A stretch of 20,000 bases of DNA from an uncultured virus (IMG/VR IMGVR_UViG_3300042465_005479) (taxonomy: Duplodnaviria > Heunggongvirae > Uroviricota > Caudoviricetes). The translations under genes were made by a program, and so were the position numbers. Positions 8,495 to 16,770 of the stretch are shown piece by piece (position 1 is the first letter of the stretch; every line of letters starts with the position of its first letter). Location of the stretch: IMG/VR virus record IMGVR_UViG_3300042465_005479; one strand, 5' to 3'. The notes below the pieces were generated by a model. It did not search any database and was not told the DNA's origin. It worked only from the letters and a program-made list of their open reading frames with translations.

Positions 8495-8502
8495 ATAAAT
8501 AC
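8495..8502 (-). promoter_or_regulatory. GTATTTAT upstream motif (putative phage promoter)
   Basis: Minus-strand TATTTAT (8495-8501) 14 nt before the ATG at 8480. Confidence 0.5.
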
Positions 8503-8516
8503 TTCAAAATATAGAA

Positions 8517-10190
8517 TTAACTTTCTTTTCTTAATGAACCGTCATAATGTTCAAATCTATCGTGTTCCGTTGGTGTTAATAACAATAATCCCGGATTAAT
8601 TTTTCCTTTAACAGTTTCTTGATAACAATAAGACATTAACGTCTGTTCAAATGGGTGAGCCCATTTTGTTTCTAAATAACACTTATAGTTACCTTCTCTT
8701 GTTAATATTATCGGCCAATTACATAAATAAACTTCCCCTGTCGCATATGATAACCCTTTATATGTCCTTATCTCCTTAAATTGTGTTTTAGGTGAATTAG
8801 GGTCTAGTCCTTGAACCGGTAATTTAGGGTTATTCGGCCAATGAGATTGTCTAAAATCTTGAGGGACATTATACCAACTCCATTGAACACTATTATCACC
8901 AAAAAATTCACTAAAATTTAATTTAAGAAAATCAAAATTTTCTTTTTTAACAATCTCTACTGATTTTTGATATAATTTATCAACAAAACGAGGGAACCCA
9001 TTTCTACATACCTCACCTTTTTTTGGATAAAAAGCCATATCGTCTTCAAACCACCAATAACAATCTAAATCAGTTTCATCAAAATGTTCAGCAACAAACA
9101 CTCTCCCCCCGACAATACCAATGTTGTCTTTTTTAATATGTTCAAAACCATATTGTTCACATAGTTCAAGATATCTTGGTGTTGTTGATAAATCGGTTGA
9201 GTTATCTAATAAGAATTTTTTTGGTTTATCAATAAAGTCAGAATCATAATCTAACATAGATTGGATTAATACCTCAAATTGTTTAGGTGAGTTAAATGCT
9301 ATAACATACAATCCAACTTTGGATGTGTCTAAACTATTCGGTTTAATTGGTAAAACACTTTCTTTAACTTGAGTCGTGTTATTTTTTAAGTCCTCAAAAA
9401 ATTTACCCATTAATCCATTATCTTCTATTTCTGAATAACTAATCAACTCAGGGTATTTGTATGTCATAATTGTAAATAACGATTCTTCAGTTCCCATTAA
9501 CCCTTGTGATAATGTATCATTCATTAACCCGTAATAGATACCGTTAATATCTGATATAACATCTTTTCTTCCTCCGAAGAAACCTGCTCGAGCAACCATT
9601 TTAACTGGTTCTCCGGCTAATTCACATAATTCAGGATATTTAAATCCGTGGATTTCAGAATTAGTTTCATAAGGGAAACAAACAAAATGAAAATTTTTAA
9701 CTAATTGAGGTAATTTATCTAAAACCTTATCGTGTGTAAAATATCCCGGGTGAATTGTATTTGTTAACCCAGCGTCAATCCAAAACATATATTCTGAATT
9801 AAACCTATCTAAAATTTTAGCATCGTGTAGGAGATAAATTTTTGACATAACCAACGGGTTATACATCTCTAATTTAGCTTGAGTTGAATCGGTTAACCAT
9901 CCGACTTGATTATACCAATCCGGATTTGTTCTTATATTTTGTATTTTATCAAAAAAATCGTTGTCTTTAAACCAAGACAAACTTCTACGAACAAATTGTG
10001 TGTTTTCACTTCGTCTATTGTTTGACACAAATTTCTCTAACTCTTCGTCACCAAAAATAATCATATTCACATCAACTTGTAATAGTTGTTGAAATTTATC
10101 TAAATAATGTTGGAATGAACGAGACCAACCCTCTTGAAGGTCTCCTCTACCTATATCCCATAATCCTGTCACTAATGTTACTTTACTCAT
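8517..10190 (-). CDS. HtrL/YibB-like domain fused to a GT-A fold glycosyltransferase-like domain
   Basis: N-half: VTLVTGLWDIGR...YLDKF...SKIYLL...FWIDAG...GFFGG...GTEESLFT (HtrL-like). C-half: LYVIAFNSP...LLDNST...NIGIVGGR...WFEDDM (GT2-like with EDD motif). ATGA overlap with the upstream gene. Confidence 0.72.
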   Translation of the reverse strand: MSKVTLVTGLWDIGRGDLQEGWSRSFQHYLDKFQQLLQVDVNMIIFGDEELEKFVSNNRRSENTQFVRRSLSWFKDNDFFDKIQNIRTNPDWYNQVGWLTDSTQAKLEMYNPLVMSKIYLLHDAKILDRFNSEYMFWIDAGLTNTIHPGYFTHDKVLDKLPQLVKNFHFVCFPYETNSEIHGFKYPELCELAGEPVKMVARAGFFGGRKDVISDINGIYYGLMNDTLSQGLMGTEESLFTIMTYKYPELISYSEIEDNGLMGKFFEDLKNNTTQVKESVLPIKPNSLDTSKVGLYVIAFNSPKQFEVLIQSMLDYDSDFIDKPKKFLLDNSTDLSTTPRYLELCEQYGFEHIKKDNIGIVGGRVFVAEHFDETDLDCYWWFEDDMAFYPKKGEVCRNGFPRFVDKLYQKSVEIVKKENFDFLKLNFSEFFGDNSVQWSWYNVPQDFRQSHWPNNPKLPVQGLDPNSPKTQFKEIRTYKGLSYATGEVYLCNWPIILTREGNYKCYLETKWAHPFEQTLMSYCYQETVKGKINPGLLLLTPTEHDRFEHYDGSLRKES

Positions 10191-10756
10191 ATTGTATCTC
10201 TAATTTTATATATTATTTTATCAACAAATTCATATTCCATAATTTTGGATAAGTCTTCGTAAAATAACCCATCCCCGAATACGTCTTCTTGAAACATTGG
10301 TAAATTTTTAGTATTAGGAATGACACCCATACATTTACCAATATTCCCTAGTGTTACTTCTTTTGTCGTCCAATTAATTGTTCCTCCCCATTTATGTTTA
10401 AAAATGTATAGTTTTTTTTCTGTAACGACTTCCCTTATATACTCAAAGGCATCATCAACATAATAATCATCGTCGTCCGCAAACATAATAAAATCACCGT
10501 CAAGGTTATTAATGTGTTTGTTTAATAAAGGGTGTCCAAACTTACCTAATCTATCCCCATCATTTATAATGTGATTTAATTTAAAATTAACATCATAATT
10601 AGATAAAACATTTTGAACAAACTCGTGATTTGTATCGGATATTATGGTAAAAGAATCGTTTTGGGTTAACTGATTTTTAAAACTATCAATCAATCTTGGT
10701 AATGATTCTCTTCCAATAGTTGTGCAAACAATGTTAAAAGAATAGTTAGACATCAT
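10187..10756 (-). CDS. Glycosyltransferase family 2-like protein
   Basis: FNIVCTTIGRESLPRLIDS...IISD...GHPLLN...GDFIMFADDDDYY...GDGLF. Start revised from 10786 to the ATG ATG at 10756/10753, which overlaps the end of the upstream gene. Confidence 0.75.
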   Translation of the reverse strand: MMSNYSFNIVCTTIGRESLPRLIDSFKNQLTQNDSFTIISDTNHEFVQNVLSNYDVNFKLNHIINDGDRLGKFGHPLLNKHINNLDGDFIMFADDDDYYVDDAFEYIREVVTEKKLYIFKHKWGGTINWTTKEVTLGNIGKCMGVIPNTKNLPMFQEDVFGDGLFYEDLSKIMEYEFVDKIIYKIRDTI

Positions 10757-11591
10757 ATTTCTCATCAATTTTATATTTGTCGACATCCAATAAATCCATA
10801 AGGTCCAATATCCCTCTTTGTAAATCTAACCAATCACCAAAATTAAAAAATTTAACGTCATTTGTGTGAGTTAATATAGATAAAACCTCTTGTTCACTAA
10901 TTAATTTACCTGTTGTTGTGTAATATGTTTCAAAAATCGATAAGTAATTAGATAAAACTTTTTGAATAGACTCACTTGTCCCTCCAAACATACCTCCGGG
11001 AACTAACTTAAAGTCTGTGTTAAACATATTAACAAGAACTGCTTTTAATTCGTAATTAACCTGAATTGATTCTCCTCTTAAACAAATAAAACCATTCTCA
11101 GATATTTTTTCATTTATTTTATTTAAAAATAATTCTGAATGGGCAAAAACATTAATGTAATCTCTCCATCTATCGTGACAACTAGTTCCAAAAAGTCCGG
11201 AATCAATCCACACAACATTTTTATTATCTTCACACTCATCGAGTAAAAATTGTAACTTATTAAAAATAACTTCTACATAATTTTTAACACAATAAATTCT
11301 ATCGTAAATTTCCCCTTCGGCAAATTTAACTAATCTAATTGGGTTTATGTTGTTTAGGTAATTTTCAGAATTTAATTCGTGAAACTTTATGGTTACATTT
11401 GGTTGGTTAAATTGTTCACCTAAATGATATTTGTCGTAAGTGTATTGATTAGTGTAAATAACATATTCAAAACCTTCAAAAATTATACTACGTAATGTTT
11501 GGGTTAATAATGGATATGATTTATATACCATACCACCTCTGGAATCTTCATAGTTTAATTCATAAACTGATGTAATAATTTTTAATACCAT
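10746..11591 (-). CDS. HtrL/YibB-like putative glycosyltransferase
   Basis: KIITSVY...YVIYT...NKLQFL...VWIDSGL...PGGMFGG...SEQEVLS has the same motif order as the N-half of 8517..10190. Confidence 0.62.
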   Translation of the reverse strand: MVLKIITSVYELNYEDSRGGMVYKSYPLLTQTLRSIIFEGFEYVIYTNQYTYDKYHLGEQFNQPNVTIKFHELNSENYLNNINPIRLVKFAEGEIYDRIYCVKNYVEVIFNKLQFLLDECEDNKNVVWIDSGLFGTSCHDRWRDYINVFAHSELFLNKINEKISENGFICLRGESIQVNYELKAVLVNMFNTDFKLVPGGMFGGTSESIQKVLSNYLSIFETYYTTTGKLISEQEVLSILTHTNDVKFFNFGDWLDLQRGILDLMDLLDVDKYKIDEKYDV

Positions 11592-12289
11592 TTGTCGTGA
11601 TTGGGGATTAATAAGTTTATGTGTTTGCTAGAATTGTTTTTTAAGTCAACACCGTTATGTAATGCTGAGAAACACATTTCATCTATATTACCCGCAGGTA
11701 TATTATATAAATTGTCAACATATTTAATCTCAATACATTCATCCCAAGTTTTTAAAAATGAATAAAATTTATCTTTATCAATATCTAAAAATTGAATGCA
11801 GTCTTCCGGCATCCACATATCCACTTTATTATATTGAACGTCAAATTTATTTTCATAATGTAAGTATCGTCTTCCTAACATACTATTTGTCTCAACCTCT
11901 TTTTCAAAAAGATAGGTTACTTGACCGGCAACACTATTAGGTATAAAACACTCTAACACATTTTTTTTTGTGAATAATGATTTGTTTGGTATAACATCCG
12001 TATCTGTTAAAATTACTTTAGTAAATCCACTATCTAACGCAAATTTTACTGAGAATCTTTTAACTGAAAAATCAAAATCATAATAATTCGTATTATATGT
12101 CACATATTTTTCATTATATTCCTTAATATGTGAAACAAATACATAATCTTCTTTAGTAATTGATTCCGGATTATCTGTAACTATGAAAATATTTGGTTTA
12201 TCTTCAAATTCTTTAAATGATTCTATCATTCTATTTGTTTGGGCATAATATCTATCACCATAACAAAATGTTGCTATCGCATATTCCAT
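11582..12289 (-). CDS. Putative nucleotide-diphospho-sugar transferase (GT-A, DxD motif)
   Basis: AIATFCYGDRYY...IFIVTDNP...VKRFSVK...VILTDTDV...IDEMCFS; lies within the glycosylation cluster and overlaps the next gene by 10 nt. Confidence 0.6.
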   Translation of the reverse strand: MEYAIATFCYGDRYYAQTNRMIESFKEFEDKPNIFIVTDNPESITKEDYVFVSHIKEYNEKYVTYNTNYYDFDFSVKRFSVKFALDSGFTKVILTDTDVIPNKSLFTKKNVLECFIPNSVAGQVTYLFEKEVETNSMLGRRYLHYENKFDVQYNKVDMWMPEDCIQFLDIDKDKFYSFLKTWDECIEIKYVDNLYNIPAGNIDEMCFSALHNGVDLKNNSSKHINLLIPNHDKWY

Positions 12290-12293
12290 ATTT

Positions 12294-13541
12294 TTACAAA
12301 TTACCTGTTATTCTTTCACACCAACCTTTTGACTTACTAAACGGCCAAACAACCCAGTATTTTGGTTTATGAACAGTTTGGAAATCTCTCCAAACTTTAC
12401 AATACCCATCAGGGTCTCTCATCATATTATTAATCTCATTGATATCAGCATCTTTTCTAAAAAGTGTTTCATCTTTTTCATCGTGGAAAGCAACAACCCA
12501 AAATTCGTAATCTTTTTCAGGAACTTGAGAAAATCCAATGTCGATACAATGTTTAAAGATACTAGCGTAACTTGCCAACCATTCTTCCTCAGTTTCAAAT
12601 ATTTGAGGATTAGGTGCGTAATTTTTATCTAAAGTATATTGTTGAACAGCTCTATTTGAAAATTTAAGACCTGAATAAATTTCATAATCTTTTAAAGTTC
12701 TTTCAGTTCCGAACCCGTAAAAACTAAAGTCCATTGTAACGTCTTCACCGTCCATACCAAATAGTTGACGATTCTTTTTATGAGATAATTCATTTTTCTT
12801 ACCCCACTCTTTATCATCATCCCATTGTTTGGTTCTACCCTTACGAGTATATTCGTGCCAAATAACAGTTTTGTGTGGGTGAAATAAATCGTATCCGTGT
12901 GTAAATGCTCTAACAGCGATTGAGATTTCTTCTCCGTGGAAATAGAATTCAGGGTCGTGTTGAACCTCGACACTAAATTGTCCCAATGTAAATGCCATAT
13001 GGGCGGAGTAAAATCTTGAGGTAACGGGTTCTTTAAGATTTTCCCACCCCGGAATTGTTTCAGGTAAAAAGAAGACGGCACCTTCCGGTATAAATCTATC
13101 AAAAGCCATTCTCCAAGGTTCTTTAACTCTACTTGCCGGGTCATTGTCCGGGTCGAATGAAGAAACATAACCTGTTAGTAAAGGTTTCTTAAATCCTTTC
13201 TTTTGAAGTTGTTTAACCATTTTGATTAGGGTGTCGTCCCAATCTTTTTCAAATCTCATATGAGAATCGATTTGTAAGGTATATTCTTCACCTTTATATA
13301 GTTGTTGAACTTGGTTTCTTGCCCAACAAACCCCTTTGGATTCGGTGTATAGAACATCAATAACTCTAAAACGTTTATCACCTTTGAATTCTGATAAATT
13401 ATCAAAACCATCTTCCGGATGATATTGACGACAAATACCGATTACTAAATTTTTAGGTTTCTTTGCATTCTCCAACATTGATTTAATTGTTGGGATAAGT
13501 TGGGGGTCACGATAGGACGCAATTTGGACAAATATCTTCAT
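12294..13541 (-). CDS. Gnt1/GT60-like polypeptide (hydroxyproline/Thr) alpha-GlcNAc transferase
   Basis: KIFVQIASYRDPQL, GVCWARNQVQQLYKGEEYTLQIDSHMRFEKDWD (DSH motif), FYFHGEEISIAVRAFTHGYDLFHP and WHEYTR are signature segments of the Dictyostelium Gnt1-type GlcNAc transferase family; ~90-aa extra C-terminal domain. Confidence 0.85.
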   Translation of the reverse strand: MKIFVQIASYRDPQLIPTIKSMLENAKKPKNLVIGICRQYHPEDGFDNLSEFKGDKRFRVIDVLYTESKGVCWARNQVQQLYKGEEYTLQIDSHMRFEKDWDDTLIKMVKQLQKKGFKKPLLTGYVSSFDPDNDPASRVKEPWRMAFDRFIPEGAVFFLPETIPGWENLKEPVTSRFYSAHMAFTLGQFSVEVQHDPEFYFHGEEISIAVRAFTHGYDLFHPHKTVIWHEYTRKGRTKQWDDDKEWGKKNELSHKKNRQLFGMDGEDVTMDFSFYGFGTERTLKDYEIYSGLKFSNRAVQQYTLDKNYAPNPQIFETEEEWLASYASIFKHCIDIGFSQVPEKDYEFWVVAFHDEKDETLFRKDADINEINNMMRDPDGYCKVWRDFQTVHKPKYWVVWPFSKSKGWCERITGNL

Positions 13542-13594
13542 TTAATATCTTTTTATTGTAAAAATAATATTTTTTATAAAAAGATAAATAGAAA

Positions 13595-16237
13595 TTATAT
13601 TCCACCATCAATAATTGTCCAACCATACGTTCCGGTTAGAATTGCTCTACCGGCTGAACTACCGGCAGTATATTTAATTGTTCCAAAATTAATGTTAATT
13701 CCAGAGGTTAATGTTGGTAAAGAACTCCATCCATTATAAATTGCGTCAAGATTTGTTGTTGAGTAATCACTAAATGTTTTACCATTCATAAATCCATTAA
13801 AGTTTGTTACGCCGGTAACGTTCCAAGAACCAATATTTTGATTAAATCCTACTGAACCAAACATATTTGACATATTAGTCACATTACTAACGTTCCAAGA
13901 ACCAATAGGTTGATTGAATTGTGTTGCTCCGTTAAACATCTGTTGCATATTTGTTACATTACCAACGTTCCAACCACTAATATTTTGATTAAAAATACTA
14001 CACGTAGCAAACATTAATCTCATTGTTGTAACATTAGAAGTGTCCCAACTAGTTATATTACCATCAAATGCGTAATCAAACCAAAACATATAATCCATAT
14101 TAGTTACTGAACTTACATCCCAAGAATTAAGGTTTTGGTTGAATATTGTGTTAAAAAAGAACATACCTTCCATAGTTGTAACATTTGATACATCCCAAGA
14201 ATTAATATATTGATTAAATGGGGATAAACTAAACATATAATTCATATCTGTAACATTACTTACATTCCATCCCGATAATGGTTGGTTAAATGATGTTGAT
14301 TGATAAAACATATAATCCATTTTAGTAACACTACTAACATCCCAAGAATTAATTGGTTGGTTAAATGGTGTTAAAGGGAACATATCACCCATATCAGTAA
14401 CATTATATGTTGTCCAACCACTAATCATTGGTGAACCACCGTTATTAAATGATGTGCAACCATTAAAAGTTCCTTTCATATTAGTAACACTACCAACATT
14501 CCAAGAACTTAAATTTTGGTTAAAAACGGTATTTTGTAAGAACATATAACTTATAGATTGAACATTTGATACATCCCAAACACCAATTGGCTGATTAAAT
14601 AAATAAGTGTTATCAAACATTGCTCCCATATCAGTAACATTACTAACATCCCAACCTGATATGTCGTCATTAAAATTATGACACTCAAAAAACATACCTT
14701 GCATATTTGTTACGTTTGATGTGTTCCAAGAATTTATAAAAGGGACTGTTGTTAAATTAGTACAATTCTCAAACGTATAAGATAAATTATTTGTTCCCGT
14801 TAAATCTAAAACATCGGTAACATTTGATAATGATAAATTATTACAATTAGAAAAATACGAACCACTATTACCCAAACGTAAACAACCCCACTGTAGAACT
14901 TCTCTAATTTTATTTCTACTAATAGGGTTAACACCAAACGACCACCCAATTAATGTCCCTGTTATTGTTATTATATAATCACCCGGAGTTACATATGTGT
15001 GTGTTCTATTATCGTAAATATTATTAGAGGTTTCCCCATCACCCCAATCAATTGTTCCATAATAAAACCCCGAAGTTTCATATGGTAATGTAATTGATTC
15101 GTTTATAGTTGTTGTTCTCCAAACAGAGATAAAGGATGGTGGTATAACAGGATTACAAGTTTGATATTTAACACATACCTCACAAAAAATGTATGTTGTT
15201 CCGTGGTCCCAAAAATCGGTTACCCAAGTCACAATTTTAGATACACTAATAATTTCTAAACACTCACCAAATGAATTGACAACCGCAGTTCCCGGTAAAA
15301 AGTTAGACGGTAACATAATATATTTTATAATCTTTTTAGCACAACAAGATTGAACTTGGAACAACACATACTTAACAGGTGTTGTTGGTGTGGGAGTGTG
15401 AGTCGGAGTTGGTGTAGGTGTATGAGTCGGAGTTACCGATGGTGTTATTGATGGTGTAGGTGTTGGTGTGGGTGTTGATGTTGGACACGGATAGATAAAA
15501 TTGGCTTTCTGACAATGGTAAATACTCGGTTGAGAACCCATCGCAATAAATGAATAGAAATTGTTTGTAGATGAACTAACAACATAAGTGGCACATCCAA
15601 TGAAACCACTACTTTCAATATAATACGCTCCTGACAGAGGACTAAATGATATTGGTATGTTTGATAAGGTAAATTGGTTTGATGAATCACAACTATCCTC
15701 AAAATAACCAACTATCGGTGGTAATGTTGGAGTGGGTGTCGGAGTGGTGGTTGGTGTAGGTGTTGGTCCGGGGCAAACATCCCCAACACAAATATTAGAT
15801 GAAACCTGAATTATTAATCCACTATCACCATACGGAAATTGACCACAAACATATAATGTGGTTGCCGAGTAAATCTCACCATAGATTAATGTCCCGTCAC
15901 ATTGAGTATACCCAAAATTTAATGTTACCCCTAAAGGGTTATCAATTGAGATACAATTACAAACGGAATTTGTTGGTGTGGGAGTGGGTGTTGTCGTTGG
16001 TGTTTGACTAGGAGCAGGTTCACCACAAAAATGATATTGAATTTCTTCACAACCAATGTTATCTGTGACTATCACTAAGACTTCTTGAGAACCTGATAAT
16101 TCTGTTGGTATGTTTAGAATTAACGGGACTGATGAGACAGCTGTCGCAACAACATAACAATACGTTCTTGTTATATCACATATTGATATGTTATATGGGG
16201 AATGTCCGGATAAACTTGTGATTTCAATTACTTGCAT
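13595..16237 (-). CDS. Modular putative virion surface protein: Cys-rich modules with (Pro-Thr)n linkers, PKD-like domain, DUF285/BspA-type repeats
   Basis: Three PT-rich tracts separate Cys-rich modules; FISVWRTT...TIDWGDG...HTYVTPGDYIITITG is PKD-like; 13 W(D/N)VSNVTNM..MF....FNQ.I..-type repeats follow; C-terminal cap ends YGWTIIDGG. No signal peptide seen. Confidence 0.85.
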   Translation of the reverse strand: MQVIEITSLSGHSPYNISICDITRTYCYVVATAVSSVPLILNIPTELSGSQEVLVIVTDNIGCEEIQYHFCGEPAPSQTPTTTPTPTPTNSVCNCISIDNPLGVTLNFGYTQCDGTLIYGEIYSATTLYVCGQFPYGDSGLIIQVSSNICVGDVCPGPTPTPTTTPTPTPTLPPIVGYFEDSCDSSNQFTLSNIPISFSPLSGAYYIESSGFIGCATYVVSSSTNNFYSFIAMGSQPSIYHCQKANFIYPCPTSTPTPTPTPSITPSVTPTHTPTPTPTHTPTPTTPVKYVLFQVQSCCAKKIIKYIMLPSNFLPGTAVVNSFGECLEIISVSKIVTWVTDFWDHGTTYIFCEVCVKYQTCNPVIPPSFISVWRTTTINESITLPYETSGFYYGTIDWGDGETSNNIYDNRTHTYVTPGDYIITITGTLIGWSFGVNPISRNKIREVLQWGCLRLGNSGSYFSNCNNLSLSNVTDVLDLTGTNNLSYTFENCTNLTTVPFINSWNTSNVTNMQGMFFECHNFNDDISGWDVSNVTDMGAMFDNTYLFNQPIGVWDVSNVQSISYMFLQNTVFNQNLSSWNVGSVTNMKGTFNGCTSFNNGGSPMISGWTTYNVTDMGDMFPLTPFNQPINSWDVSSVTKMDYMFYQSTSFNQPLSGWNVSNVTDMNYMFSLSPFNQYINSWDVSNVTTMEGMFFFNTIFNQNLNSWDVSSVTNMDYMFWFDYAFDGNITSWDTSNVTTMRLMFATCSIFNQNISGWNVGNVTNMQQMFNGATQFNQPIGSWNVSNVTNMSNMFGSVGFNQNIGSWNVTGVTNFNGFMNGKTFSDYSTTNLDAIYNGWSSLPTLTSGININFGTIKYTAGSSAGRAILTGTYGWTIIDGGI
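13780..14740 (-). repeat. DUF285-type ~25-aa (~75-bp) coding repeats, 13 copies
   Basis: Recurrent plus-strand ACATCCCA/ACGTTCCA/ACATTCCA words at ~72-75-bp spacing, encoding WDVS/WNVS-type units. Confidence 0.88.
15377..16022 (-). repeat. Three Pro/Thr low-complexity tracts (~15377-15485, ~15718-15773, ~15971-16022)
   Basis: GGTGTN/GGAGTN hexamer runs encoding PTSTPTPTPTPSITPSVTPTHTPTPTPTHTPTPTTP, PGPTPTPTTTPTPTPTLPP and PAPSQTPTTTPTPTPT. Confidence 0.9.
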
Positions 16238-16254
16238 AAACTATTCATTATTTA

Positions 16255-16262
16255 ATAAATAG
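16255..16262 (-). promoter_or_regulatory. CTATTTAT upstream motif (putative phage promoter)
   Basis: Minus-strand TATTTAT (16255-16261) 17 nt before the ATG at 16237. Confidence 0.5.
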
Positions 16263-16268
16263 TCCTAA

Positions 16269-16769
16269 TTAACCAATTGAAATTACTAACCCATTTTTAA
16301 TTACAACAGTTAATCCATCAACGGTTTTAAATGTAGTTGTTATACCGGAAAAAATAGGTTCTTCATTTTGGTTAATAATTAACTCTTCCGAATAAAGAGT
16401 GTCTGATGGTATATAAATTTGTTGATTATCAATATCGTCTAATGATAAAGCAACAAATGCGTCATATAAAAAATAACCTAAATCAAATTGATTGTTGTCA
16501 AATTCACTTCTTGTTGATTTAAAATTTTTATATACTTCATCATTTAACGATAAACGTATTTCGATTGCATCCCAATTCTTACAATCGGAAATCCCATTTT
16601 GTGTTTTTATTGCGTCTAACACAATAGAATTAGAAACGTCATTCAATAGATTTTTAACTGAAATACTATCCATTGTATTAATATCCCTTCTCATTATTAA
16701 AAGACTATTTATTTCTAAAATATTTTGATATAAAACAATCGTCAAAAAATTCCAATTTGTATATTCCAT
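16269..16769 (-). CDS. Hypothetical protein with fibre-like C-terminal motif
   Basis: 166-aa ORF starting 1 nt after the fibre gene stop; ends FSGITTTFKTVDGLTVVIKNGLVISIG, resembling the G-x-T-x-T-F...DG-x-TV-x-x-x-NG-L/I C-terminal motif of phage fibre/spike proteins. Confidence 0.55.
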   Translation of the reverse strand: MEYTNWNFLTIVLYQNILEINSLLIMRRDINTMDSISVKNLLNDVSNSIVLDAIKTQNGISDCKNWDAIEIRLSLNDEVYKNFKSTRSEFDNNQFDLGYFLYDAFVALSLDDIDNQQIYIPSDTLYSEELIINQNEEPIFSGITTTFKTVDGLTVVIKNGLVISIG

Positions 16770-16770
16770 A

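Noticed and set aside
10757..10786. ORF-track start of the GT2 gene at 10786
   Set aside because: It would overlap the upstream gene by 41 nt; the ATG ATG at 10756/10753 beside the upstream stop fits the coupling pattern and the GT2 N-terminal strand.
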